A DNA stretch of 64,000 bases from Candidatus Moraniibacteriota bacterium (GCA_016699425.1 CP064975.1:718098-782097); one strand, 5' to 3'; counted from the stretch's first letter, positions 29,540-38,474 are shown. Program-made: numbers and translations. Notes: generated from the letters alone by a model not told the origin.

Positions 29540-30126
29540 TTAGGACGAATGAGCTACTCCATACGCATGCCAATCTTTTTCCATGTTTCTAAAGAGCGGT
29601 TCCCCCATCTTCTTACTCACAGCCAATTGAAGCTTGTCGAACTTCTCTAATTTTCTCTGGATAGAACTCTCGTGTCCTTCCCTGAAGGCCCATTCAATGT
29701 ACAACATATATAGGCGTTTGTCTGAAGGGAACGCTAATACGTCTGCTTCCTTGATAATCTGCATTTCAATCCCCTCGTCCTCGAAGGCCACCAGTTTCTT
29801 CAATTTCTCAAGCCGAGGCCGAGATATATCCAACGTGCCTAAGAAAACCTCTGAAACGGGCAGATTAAAAGTCTCATGTTCGAGATGAAGCGTCTTTTCA
29901 TCTGCCTTGTAGGTTTTCCCAATATCATGAAGCAGTGCCCCGACCGCGACCAAGAGTTCATCGCAAGCTACGCTTTGCGCGATCGTATGTGCTATTGACT
30001 CGACATTACAGGAATGATCATACATCACTGTCCAATCGTGGAAGCTAAAATGAGGATTCTCAATGAACGCCTGTTTCACAAAGCCCTTCACTTCTTCAAC
30101 TATCTTTTCCTCATCACTTGAGAGCA
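29540..30126 (-). CDS. HD-domain phosphohydrolase (possibly a YfbR-like 5'-deoxynucleotidase)
   Basis: LHDIGK HD motif. The ATG at 30126 has a GAGG Shine-Dalgarno sequence. The longer TTG start at 30196 would overlap dcd. Confidence 0.65.
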
Positions 30127-30141
30127 TACCGGCGCCTCTGA

Positions 30142-30708
30142 TTATTTCTTTGACTTTTTTACGGTCCGCTTTTTCGCTACTTTGAAATTCTCCCAATTGT
30201 TCTTATTGAAGCGGCCAGTCTTGGCATAGTTCTGCTCGACCGGACTCGTCAGTCGGGAAAACACGAGCTGAGCGATCTCCATCCCCGGCCGAAGGATGAT
30301 CGGCATACGGTTGATATTGGAAAGTTCAAGTGTGATGTTGAGGAAGTGCCCGGGGTTGATGAGCCCAGCCGTATTGTGCACGACGAGACCGATCCGCGCC
30401 AGGCTCGACTTGCCCGAAATCTGGATGAGGAATTCGTCGCTCCCGACAAAGTCGCGCACCTTGCCGAGTACTGTCTCGCCCGGATAGAGACAAAATGGCT
30501 CGCCGTCTTTCACGTGGTGTTCTCTCGTCTTGGGAAAAATCTTCTTCACCGGATCGATGAGCAGCGTATTGTACACGTCCGTCACGATGAAATCATTGTC
30601 GAGGATCACATCATAGCTCGCCGGCGACAACCGGGCCGAATCGAATCCCTTGATGATGATACTCCCATCCTTCACAGCCTTCTTGATATCGACGTCAGAG
30701 AGAAACAT
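30142..30708 (-). CDS. dcd: dCTP deaminase (dUTPase fold) with a basic C-terminal tail
   Basis: MFLSDVDIKKAVKDGSIIIKGF…SPASYDVIL is the Dcd N-terminus. 188 aa. Confidence 0.85.
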   Translation of the reverse strand: MFLSDVDIKKAVKDGSIIIKGFDSARLSPASYDVILDNDFIVTDVYNTLLIDPVKKIFPKTREHHVKDGEPFCLYPGETVLGKVRDFVGSDEFLIQISGKSSLARIGLVVHNTAGLINPGHFLNITLELSNINRMPIILRPGMEIAQLVFSRLTSPVEQNYAKTGRFNKNNWENFKVAKKRTVKKSKK

Positions 30709-30743
30709 ACACGTTTCAGGGGTTAGAGATTAGGGTGTTCGGA

Positions 30744-31427
30744 CTATGAGAGAGTAAAGATCTTTTCTGTGCCGTAGTACTCCGGCCAGTGCTCATTGTA
30801 AAAGGCGAACATGCGCTCCAGACGATCCTGCGGCAATTCTTCGGCCCCGAGCTCGGACATGAGCGCCCGGATTCCGTCGCGCGCTGCTTCAGCTTCCGCC
30901 GGTGTCGCGACCATGCGTTCGAATTCTGCCAGATACCCATAGCCCGCATTGCGATCGAGACAGACGACTGTCCCATCCGCGAGCGTATATTCTTCACGGT
31001 CACGTGACCACTTTGCCTGATACGCAAAGCCTGCATCGAGCAGCACCTGATCGAGCGCGGTGATATCGAGCCCAGGGACTTCTTCCTCGAATTCGATCCG
31101 GAGGAGTCCGTTGGAGCTCGTCGTGTCATCGATCGACGCTTTCAAGACGAGGAGTGCCTTACCGTCATTGTACGTCCGCGTCCGAACGGAGTGCTGCTTC
31201 CCCTCGGTCAGGATGTGGCGCAATTTTTCCTGTTTCACCTGATCGAAATACCCCTTGAGGCTTTCAAACAACTTCTCCACATCACCTGGCAAGAAGTAGT
31301 GATTGAGCTGTGAACTCTGCCCTTTTAGCGTGGCCGCATACGGTGCCACACTGATTTTCTCTCGCAAGCGGTCAGCCACCGTCTGCTCACCGAGGAGCGA
31401 TTTCACTTCGACTTCGATTTGGTTCAT
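30744..31427 (-). CDS. CYTH-domain (triphosphate tunnel metalloenzyme) protein
   Basis: The N-terminal EVEVK (ExExK) motif and alternating beta-strand pattern are typical of the CYTH fold. Confidence 0.55.
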   Translation of the reverse strand: MNQIEVEVKSLLGEQTVADRLREKISVAPYAATLKGQSSQLNHYFLPGDVEKLFESLKGYFDQVKQEKLRHILTEGKQHSVRTRTYNDGKALLVLKASIDDTTSSNGLLRIEFEEEVPGLDITALDQVLLDAGFAYQAKWSRDREEYTLADGTVVCLDRNAGYGYLAEFERMVATPAEAEAARDGIRALMSELGAEELPQDRLERMFAFYNEHWPEYYGTEKIFTLS

Positions 31428-31555
31428 AGCATCCAGAAATGGCTGATTACTCCCCTAGTTTACGGCACAAAAAAGGCTCGGTCAAACTGCCCCACGCCCA
31501 AGAAAAAACCCCGCCCAGACGAGTCAGAGCGAGGCTTTTCGCGGTCTGATGATGG

Positions 31556-32245
31556 CTATTTCGTGATGCGCAGTCCGGGGCCCATGGTCGAGGAGAGCGT
31601 CATCGAGAGGATGAAACGACCCTTCAGTCCTTCCGGCTTCCCCTTCTGGATAGCATCGGTGAACATGGCGATGTTCTCCTCGAGGGCGGCCGCCGTGAAA
31701 GAGAGCTTGCCCACTACCTGGTGGATGTTGCCCGAGTCATCGTTCTTGTAGCTCGCCTTCTTCCCCTTCTGGAGCATTTCCACTGTCTCAGCGATTTTCT
31801 GTGTGACGGTCTCGTTCTTGGGGCTCGGCATCATGCCTTTCGGTCCGAGGATCTTGGCGACCGTCGCAAGTTTCGGCATCATCTCCGGTGTCGCCAGGAC
31901 GAGGTCAAAATGCGTCCCAGGATTCACCTTTCCCTCCTTGATTTGCGCGACGAGCTCTTCGCCTCCGGCGAGCGCCGCACCTGCGTCCTGGGCCTCTTTC
32001 AGTTTGGTACTGGTCACCACCGCGACTTTCTGCGTGCGGCCGGTGCCATGCGGCAAGACGACCGTCCCGCGCACGTTTTCATCGTTCTTCTTGGCCGAGA
32101 TGCCCAGCTTGAAATGCATCTCAACGCTCTCGTCGAACTTGGCTGTCTTGTGGGCCTGGAGGAACGCCACCGCCTCAGCGATGGTGAACACCTTTCCCTC
32201 TTCAATTTTCTCTGCCGCCGCTCGATATTTCTTCCCGTGTTGCAT
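31556..32245 (-). CDS. rplA: 50S ribosomal protein L1
   Basis: KKYRAAAEKIEEGKVFTIAEAVAFLQ…GTVVLPHGTGR. Confidence 0.9.
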   Translation of the reverse strand: MQHGKKYRAAAEKIEEGKVFTIAEAVAFLQAHKTAKFDESVEMHFKLGISAKKNDENVRGTVVLPHGTGRTQKVAVVTSTKLKEAQDAGAALAGGEELVAQIKEGKVNPGTHFDLVLATPEMMPKLATVAKILGPKGMMPSPKNETVTQKIAETVEMLQKGKKASYKNDDSGNIHQVVGKLSFTAAALEENIAMFTDAIQKGKPEGLKGRFILSMTLSSTMGPGLRITK

Positions 32246-32403
32246 ATGTTTGGTAGTGGTCTACGAATTACCTCAATCTGAGACTATTCTCCCACCTGAT
32301 TATGTAATTACAATTGAATAATGAATTATGAATCTAGAATAAAGAAAGGTCCGATCTTTTAAACCCATGATTCATACTTCCTGATTCTTCATTCCATTCA
32401 GAA

Positions 32404-32829
32404 TTACCCCTCAATCTTTATCCCCATCGAGCGAGCGGTGCCCTTGATGATCTGGATCGCCGCATCGACGTCGTTGGCGTTCAGGTCGGGAAGCTTCTTT
32501 TCGGCGATTTCACGGACCTGGGCCTCGGTGACGGATCCGGCCTTATCCTTCAGCGGGTTTGCGGCCGCCTTCTCGATTTTCGCTGCCTTCTTCAAGAGGT
32601 CCGAAGCCGGCGGCGTCTTCATCACGAATGTAAAGCTGCGGTCCTCGAAGATGGTGATCTCCACCGGGATGATGTCGCCCATCATCGGACGAGTCGCCTC
32701 ATTGTACTTACTGCAGAAATCCTGGATGTTGAGCCCGTGCGGCCCCAAGGCCGTGCCGACTGGCGGCGCCGGAGTGGCTTTGCCGGCTGGGATCTGGAGC
32801 TTCACGATCGCTTTGATTGCCTTTGCCAT
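32404..32829 (-). CDS. rplK: 50S ribosomal protein L11
   Basis: [35 protein letters not shown]. Confidence 0.95.
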   Translation of the reverse strand: MAKAIKAIVKLQIPAGKATPAPPVGTALGPHGLNIQDFCSKYNEATRPMMGDIIPVEITIFEDRSFTFVMKTPPASDLLKKAAKIEKAAANPLKDKAGSVTEAQVREIAEKKLPDLNANDVDAAIQIIKGTARSMGIKIEG

Positions 32830-32992
32830 AGTTGTCGTCGAGTCTGCGAGACGCTACAACTATGAGCATCCCGCATCCTTTTCTTAATAATAACCCCGTC
32901 ATTCATCAGCCTGAGCCGCAGGCGTTTCCGAGAAGCTCACTTCCTGGAGAGACCATTCGGTGACGGAAAAGGTGCGGGGAGCCATTCGGTGA

Positions 32993-33538
32993 CTAATCTT
33001 TTTTTATCTGCAGGAAGTCGAGTTCCACCGGCGTTTCGCGACCAAAGATGGACACGAGTACCTTCACCTTGCCCTTCTCATCGTCCACTTCCTGGATCTT
33101 GCCTTCGAAGTTCTTGAACGGGCCGTCGATGATGCGGACGGATTCACCGATCTTCACATCGATCTTGTACTTCGGTTCGGCCACGCCCATGCGCTTCTTC
33201 AGCCCTTCGATTTCGGCCGGGTCGATCGGGGTCGGGGTGGTACCGAGACCGATGAAACCGGTCACATTCGGGGTGTTGCGCACCACGTACCAGCTGGCGT
33301 CGGTCACCACCATATCCACCAGGACATAGCCCGGATAGATGCGCTCCTCGACGACGACGCGCTTGCCAGCCTTGATCTTGATCTTCTTCTCCTTGGGCAC
33401 TAGGACGTCGAAGATAAGGCTCTGCATGTCCATCGACTCGATACGCTGTTTCAGGTTACGCGACACATTGTCCTCGTACCCCGAGTAGGTGTGGAGCACG
33501 TACCAGGCGCGCCCATGATGCTGACTTTGCTTTGCCAT
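32993..33538 (-). CDS. nusG: Transcription termination/antitermination factor NusG
   Basis: WYVLHTYSGYEDNVSRNL (NGN domain) and a C-terminal KOW domain (GESVRIIDGPFKNFEGKI). Confidence 0.9.
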   Translation of the reverse strand: MAKQSQHHGRAWYVLHTYSGYEDNVSRNLKQRIESMDMQSLIFDVLVPKEKKIKIKAGKRVVVEERIYPGYVLVDMVVTDASWYVVRNTPNVTGFIGLGTTPTPIDPAEIEGLKKRMGVAEPKYKIDVKIGESVRIIDGPFKNFEGKIQEVDDEKGKVKVLVSIFGRETPVELDFLQIKKD

Positions 33539-33562
33539 ATGGTTCGAGTGATTTTCGAGTGA

Positions 33563-33751
33563 TTATTGGGTCAAGAGAAACCGTTCGACGAGATAGCTGA
33601 AGAGCGTGTCGAGCGCCCCGAGGAAAACAGCGACGGCGAAACTGATGACGACTACCAGGATGGTGTAGCGGACCAGCTCCTTCTGGGTCGGCCAGTTCAC
33701 CTTCATGAGTTCGCCCTTGGCTTCCGAGAAGAACCGTATGATCGTATTCAT
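33563..33751 (-). CDS. secE: Preprotein translocase subunit SecE
   Basis: 62 aa with a single TM helix, immediately upstream of nusG. Confidence 0.8.
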   Translation of the reverse strand: MNTIIRFFSEAKGELMKVNWPTQKELVRYTILVVVISFAVAVFLGALDTLFSYLVERFLLTQ

Positions 33752-33777
33752 GGCTTTTAAATGCCTTTTTCTGGTCT

Positions 33778-33797
33778 AAAAAAAGCCCCAAGGGCTT
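33778..33797 (-). terminator. Weak terminator-like hairpin (AAGCCC-UUG-GGGCUU followed by U7) just upstream of secE
   Basis: 4 GC + 2 AU stem at plus 33783-33797, preceded on the plus strand by A7. Confidence 0.25.
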
Positions 33798-33882
33798 GTG
33801 CCTGAACTATAGAGGAAAACTGGGGGGCTGTCAATTCTAGAACGTACGGGAAAATCCCCTACCCAAATACCACTCTCTATCC

Positions 33883-33911
33883 TTGACAAAAACAATAAAA
33901 AAGGCTATTAT
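33883..33911 (+). promoter_or_regulatory. Near-consensus sigma70 promoter TTGACA-17-TATTAT
   Basis: Exact -35 consensus at 33883-33888, a 17-nt spacer, and TATTAT at 33906-33911. It lies about 24 nt upstream of the 33935 ORF. Confidence 0.5.
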
Positions 33912-33934
33912 GCTCCGTTAACTAAGCCCCACTC

Positions 33935-34135
33935 ATGGCCCCTGCTGTCCAAATCATCGCTTCAGCTTTTCTCTTCTCCATCGGTCTCATCGGGCCCGAG
34001 AGTGTGTTCGCGACAACCGAGCCGAGTTTCACGTTCTCTATTCTCTCGCTGACCGCCCTCGTCCTCGGCACCCTCATCTTCGTCAGCTTCATCGTGAGCC
34101 GCATCGCGACCTGGATCATCAACCGACAAGCCTAA
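33935..34135 (+). CDS. Small hydrophobic protein (66 aa, 2 TM), translationally coupled to the downstream glycosyltransferase
   Basis: The ORF is hydrophobic. The strong promoter lies immediately upstream and the stop is 5 nt before the GT2 ATG. The opposing minus-strand ORF looks like noise. Confidence 0.4.
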   Translation: MAPAVQIIASAFLFSIGLIGPESVFATTEPSFTFSILSLTALVLGTLIFVSFIVSRIATWIINRQA

Positions 34136-34140
34136 CGCTC

Positions 34141-35409
34141 ATGGCTACTGCCTACGGAGAACTCACCGCCGGACTCATCGTCATCCTCGGACTGCTGAAT
34201 GTCTTCCGCATGGCGTTTTTCATGATCGGGTCGGATGTCTACACCGTGAAGCGCGCGCTCCGGAACCGCCGGAAGAAACGCATCACGTTCGGCCTCCCGA
34301 CGATCTCGGTCGTCATCCCCGCCCACAACGAGGAGAACACCATCATCCGCACGATTGAGTCTGTCCTGAACGCCAAATACCCGAGCGAACTCCTCGAGAT
34401 CGTCGTCATGGACGATGGCTCCACCGATCTCACCTACCAGATGGTCGAGCGCTACCGTCTCCTCGTCGATGGTCACTTCAAACTGGTCCGCCAGGAAAAC
34501 GCCGGCAAGGCCCACGCACTGAACAACGGCATGCGCCATCACGCTACCGGCGAACTCATGATGTGTCTCGACGCCGACTCATCGCTCGACCCGGGCGCGC
34601 TCATCAATGCGGCGCGCTATTTCGTCGACCCGCGAGTCGTCGCGCTCTCGGCCAATGTCAAAATCCGCCCGAGCGGCACGCTCTTCAATCTGATCCAGGT
34701 CTTCGAGTACCTCGTCTGCTATCAGATGAAACGTGCGCAGACCGTCTTCAATATCGAGTACATCATCGGCGGCATCGGCTCGACCTTCCGCCGCTCAGCC
34801 TTGATCGAAGTCGGCTTCTACGACACCGACACCATCACCGAGGACATCGACCTCACCATGAAGCTCCTCCGTCTCGGCGGCAAGGACCACCGCGTCATCT
34901 ATGGTTCGGATGTCATCGCCTATACCGAGTCCGTCCTCGACCTGGCCGGCCTCATCCGCCAGCGCTTCCGCTGGAAGTACGGCCGTGCCCAGACCTTCAT
35001 CAAAAACCACCGCCTCTTTTTCGCGACCGAGCGCAAGCACTCGCGCGTCCTCACCTGGTTCTACCTCCCCTACGCGCTTTTCTCCGACCTCGCGTTCTTC
35101 TTCGAGCCGTTCATGGTGTCGTATATCCTCTACATCGTCGTGGCCTACGGCGACTGGGTCACGCTCGCGTCGGCATTCGTCGTCGTCGGCGGCTACCTAT
35201 CGCTCAACATCCTCGCCGAAGACACGATTCCCGTCCGACAGAAATTCGCCCTCGCGCTCGTCGCGCCGTTCATGTATTTCTTCTTCTACCTCCTCAGCTA
35301 TGTGGAGTACCTCGCGCTCATCAAGACCTATATGAAGTTCTGGGAGATCCCCGCGAGCATCCGCGCCAAGCAATGCGGCTGGACCCATGTCGAACGCGCC
35401 AAGGCCTAA
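34141..35409 (+). CDS. Membrane-embedded processive family-2 glycosyltransferase (PgaC/IcaA/cellulose-synthase-like)
   Basis: SVVIPAHNEE…VMDDGS, the DAD motif in MCLDADS, and QRFRWKYG (QxxRW). One N-terminal and four C-terminal TM helices. Confidence 0.85.
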   Translation: MATAYGELTAGLIVILGLLNVFRMAFFMIGSDVYTVKRALRNRRKKRITFGLPTISVVIPAHNEENTIIRTIESVLNAKYPSELLEIVVMDDGSTDLTYQMVERYRLLVDGHFKLVRQENAGKAHALNNGMRHHATGELMMCLDADSSLDPGALINAARYFVDPRVVALSANVKIRPSGTLFNLIQVFEYLVCYQMKRAQTVFNIEYIIGGIGSTFRRSALIEVGFYDTDTITEDIDLTMKLLRLGGKDHRVIYGSDVIAYTESVLDLAGLIRQRFRWKYGRAQTFIKNHRLFFATERKHSRVLTWFYLPYALFSDLAFFFEPFMVSYILYIVVAYGDWVTLASAFVVVGGYLSLNILAEDTIPVRQKFALALVAPFMYFFFYLLSYVEYLALIKTYMKFWEIPASIRAKQCGWTHVERAKA

Positions 35410-35423
35410 GACAATTTGAATAA

Positions 35424-35467
35424 AGAAAAAGCCCGGTCGACAAGGATGTGTCGAACCGGGTTTTTGC
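35424..35467. terminator. Bidirectional rho-independent terminator (about 11-bp stem with one bulge, A-run upstream and T-run downstream)
   Basis: cccggtcgaca…tgtcgaaccggg is flanked by aaagaaaaag and ttttt. It lies between the convergent GT2 gene and the 35487 ORF. Confidence 0.6.
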
Positions 35468-35486
35468 ACCCCGCAAGGCGGAGTGC

Positions 35487-36023
35487 TCAGGCGGCCAGGC
35501 CGAGTTCGGCCATGGTCACGATGCGCGCGGGCGTCTCGGCGAGTTTCGCCCATTCCTGTCGGGAGAGCACCCGCTCGCGCTGCGGGGCCTGGTCTCGGCC
35601 GACGAAGTCGCAGAAGAGCGGCAGAAAGAACGTGCCGATGACTTCCTGGCTGACATACCCCATGTAGGGCACATCGCCGCGGCGGAACTTGCCCCAGTGC
35701 TCGGCGATCTCGCGCTCCCCCGACAGCATGTTGCGCGGGATAAGGAAGTCCTTGGTGAACTTGCCACGGATGCGCCGCTGCGTCCGGGCGAGGCGGTTGA
35801 TCTCGTCACGGATGACGGCGAGCTCGCGCTCGGCATGCGGGATGTCCTCGGGCTGGAGCGTCACGAGGAGCTCGGCGCGGCAGAGACCGACCATGCGGAG
35901 CATGCCCTCACGCGACCAGACCGGCCAGGACACGTCCTCGGGACCGGTGATGAAGTGGTAGTGGTCATCAGCCACGCAGTGATGGAGCCGGAAATATTTC
36001 TGGGATTCGTAAGGAACACGCAT
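35487..36023 (-). CDS. Hypothetical protein (about 178 aa)
   Basis: The minus-strand ORF has protein-like composition. The overlapping plus-strand ORF is Gly/Arg-rich, typical of an antisense artefact. Confidence 0.45.
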   Translation of the reverse strand: MRVPYESQKYFRLHHCVADDHYHFITGPEDVSWPVWSREGMLRMVGLCRAELLVTLQPEDIPHAERELAVIRDEINRLARTQRRIRGKFTKDFLIPRNMLSGEREIAEHWGKFRRGDVPYMGYVSQEVIGTFFLPLFCDFVGRDQAPQRERVLSRQEWAKLAETPARIVTMAELGLAA

Positions 36024-36121
36024 GAATTGCCTCCTTGGCAAACGGAATTTGGTGTCAAAAAAATAGCGCGATAGGTGCTATTTGTCAACTCAAAATAAGC
36101 TTGGCAGTCCGTTATTTTTAG

Positions 36122-36640
36122 TTACCTTACCTCTTCATCAAGAAATCTTTTCAAAAAATATATTCCCTTCTTGGTAAAGCTGTATTTATTATTTTCAGAT
36201 TTTTCTATAAGGTTGTTTGCTACAAAAAATGAGACTGCGTCCGCTGGAATGTGTCTACTATCAAATGCCCAGCCGCCATTAATATAGCTACTAATGCCCT
36301 TGACATTACTCCTAAATATGCCCTTTTTTGAAATAGCATCATACTCATCGGAAAAGTCCGGCTCCAAAGCAGCGAGTATGGGTTCAGGAACACCAAGCTT
36401 AGAATCTCTAGTTTCTATTTCTTTGATAATACTTTTCAGAGATTCAATTTCCCGATCTTTCATTTCTACAGCGTTAAGAACTTTTTCTTCGTTAAGTAAG
36501 AGTTCCTTTCTTAGCTGGTTTGACTCCTCAATCGAAAGCAACCTCTTCCCCGTGATAACCTGCTTTTTATTATGCCTCCAAGTATCAAATTTTAAAGTAA
36601 CCCAATAAACACCATTAGTAACAAAGGGCATCAGCAGCAC
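36122..36640 (-). CDS. Hypothetical protein with an N-terminal TM and a coiled coil, encoded in an AT-rich (about 35% GC) island. GTG start.
   Basis: 172-aa ORF rich in Lys/Glu/Ile/Asn codons. Its composition is sharply different from the flanking DNA. Confidence 0.45.
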   Translation of the reverse strand: MLLMPFVTNGVYWVTLKFDTWRHNKKQVITGKRLLSIEESNQLRKELLLNEEKVLNAVEMKDREIESLKSIIKEIETRDSKLGVPEPILAALEPDFSDEYDAISKKGIFRSNVKGISSYINGGWAFDSRHIPADAVSFFVANNLIEKSENNKYSFTKKGIYFLKRFLDEEVR

Positions 36641-36724
36641 AATTACAGCGGTTGAAGTAACTGGATAGAGAATTAAGAAATTCCATGTATTCGTATCGAG
36701 TGAAGATATATAGTCTATTTTTTC

Positions 36725-37300
36725 ATTTCAACCACTGTGCACTGGAAGTGCACAGATTGGGATTAGATTGGAAATCTAGGAACTCGTCTCCTCGACCCGG
36801 AAACTATCTTCGGTCTCTTTCGATTCAAAATGGTGTTCGATATATTCCTTAATCATATCTTTGGTGACATTGCCGGCACTGACGACAAAGTAGCCTCTCG
36901 CCCACAGGTGCTGCCCCCAGTACTGTTTCTTGAGTGAAGGGTATTCCATCTGGAGTTGTCGGGATGTCTTGCCTTTCAGGTATTTGACCAGGGTGCTCGG
37001 AGCGGTCGAGGGGTCGACTGAGACGAGAATGTGGACATGATCAGGAGCAACCGCACCAGAGATGATCTCGACATTCTCTTCGATACAGATGCGCCGGATG
37101 AGGTCTCTGGCTCTTTGTCCAATCTCACCCTTCAGGACCTTGTAGCGGTACTTGGTAATCCAGGCGATGTGGAGTTGGATACTGAAGACGGAGTGGGAAG
37201 ACTTTCGATATTCAGTGGTCATACTTTCAGTATATCGTACTGGAAGTTATCGCCTGAAGGCGAGGGAACTCACCCCCCCCCAAAGTGGGACCTTAGACCC
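36725..37300 (-). mobile_element. Minimal IS200-like insertion sequence: tnpA only, with candidate subterminal hairpins
   Basis: Perfect palindrome ctgtgcac-tggaa-gtgcacag at 36733-36753 downstream of tnpA. Hairpin cgcc-tgaa-ggcg at about 37248-37259 upstream. No tnpB. Boundaries are approximate. Confidence 0.45.
36776..37222 (-). CDS. tnpA: IS200/IS605-family Y1 (HUH) transposase TnpA
   Basis: HIAWITKYRYKVLKGE…APDHVHILVSVDPS…HLWARGYFVVSAG. The HuH motif and catalytic Tyr are present. Confidence 0.85.
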   Translation of the reverse strand: MTTEYRKSSHSVFSIQLHIAWITKYRYKVLKGEIGQRARDLIRRICIEENVEIISGAVAPDHVHILVSVDPSTAPSTLVKYLKGKTSRQLQMEYPSLKKQYWGQHLWARGYFVVSAGNVTKDMIKEYIEHHFESKETEDSFRVEETSS

Positions 37301-37553
37301 AAACCATCGGAATCAACTAAAAATGTCACATATGGTATCTTCCAATTCCACACTAACCAGCTAACAATAAAGGCTCCATAAAAAGGACTATCCACTCTTT
37401 CATAGAGGATACCAGCTACAGATTTTCTTAACTCGGAAAGCATAGGCCACGCTTCAGAAAATATTTCAATATGTCCTAAGTGTAGTCAAATTCCGACTTG
37501 GTTTCAAAAAAAATGTCAATGGTAAGCTCCACCTAGATAGAAGAGCATCCTCT

Positions 37554-38474
37554 CTAAAGCTTCTGGAATTCTTTCAGTATCTCCTTGCGGAGCCAAGGGC
37601 GGTCAGATGAAGCATAGTCCCCTTCGAATTTCACACCCAGTCCCCGCTCGAACACACTCTTTAGCTCGGCGTTTTCACAGTAGAAATGATTCCGTCGTTC
37701 GGACAGGCTCGGGACACTCATGATCCAGTGCGGGTGACCAAAACTCTCGAGTGCTCGCTTCACCTGTTCGCTCTCCTTTTTCAGGAATGCTTCCCACGCC
37801 CAGAGTTCGAGCTGCCCGATCGTAAAGGGAAACGGCACCGCTGGTATCCGGAAGACTTTCGTATCGTCGATGATTGCTTGGACGACATCGCCCGTGACAG
37901 CCGCCTCCTGCTCGGCGAAATAGTCAGCGATCCAGTTGTCTGGCAGTCCCCCACGCTTCCACAGGGTGGCAAACGCGCGCCGGTCCCGCTCGTCCGTGAT
38001 GATCGCACCAAAGTTCAGCGTGTTCGAGAGAATCGCCACCGCGAGGAGCCGCGCCGAGAGCTCGCTAATATCATCGGCCTTGCCGCGTTTCTCATACTCC
38101 TCCCAAACGAGCGTGGCGCAGGCGCCGATCGGTTCGATATGCGAGTGCTCGCCGAGTTTCTCCTGCCAGTGCGTTTCGAATCCCGGGTGATGATCGTACA
38201 CCTCTGCGATAGTGCCCGCCGTTGCCGCATGGGCGATGTACTGCGGCTCGGACACATCCATGACTACGAACTCGGCCTCGGTCGTACTCGGCAAAGTCCG
38301 ATACTCGAGTCCCCACGCGCGGATGGTACGAGTAACGCTATTGTTCAGCGCACCAGGGAAATACGCCTCGGCTGTCCGACCCTCGAGCCGGAGGAGTTCG
38401 GTGTACGCGATCACACATGCGACCGCATCGATATCCGCAAACGCCTGCCCCGTCGTGACGATCGTGTGTTTCAT
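37554..38474 (-). CDS. DHH-family phosphoesterase (NrnA/PpaC-like)
   Basis: DIDAVACVIAY (DxD) and EVYDHHPG (DHH) motifs. 306 aa. Confidence 0.65.
   Translation of the reverse strand: MKHTIVTTGQAFADIDAVACVIAYTELLRLEGRTAEAYFPGALNNSVTRTIRAWGLEYRTLPSTTEAEFVVMDVSEPQYIAHAATAGTIAEVYDHHPGFETHWQEKLGEHSHIEPIGACATLVWEEYEKRGKADDISELSARLLAVAILSNTLNFGAIITDERDRRAFATLWKRGGLPDNWIADYFAEQEAAVTGDVVQAIIDDTKVFRIPAVPFPFTIGQLELWAWEAFLKKESEQVKRALESFGHPHWIMSVPSLSERRNHFYCENAELKSVFERGLGVKFEGDYASSDRPWLRKEILKEFQKL

Noticed and set aside
33752-33934. Expected tRNA-Trp upstream of secE, as is common in bacteria
   Set aside because: I searched both strands for T-arm-like GTTCGA/TCGAAC motifs and cloverleaf potential and found none. 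Only a weak hairpin and a plus-strand promoter are present.
33922-34122. Minus-strand 66-aa ORF overlapping the plus-strand small membrane-protein ORF
   Set aside because: The translation is Arg/Met-rich noise. The plus-strand ORF is hydrophobic, sits directly behind a consensus promoter and is coupled to the GT2 gene.
35448-36074. Plus-strand 208-aa ORF overlapping the minus-strand 35487..36023 ORF
   Set aside because: Gly/Arg/Ala/Leu-rich antisense-type composition. The minus-strand product looks protein-like and is bounded by the bidirectional terminator.
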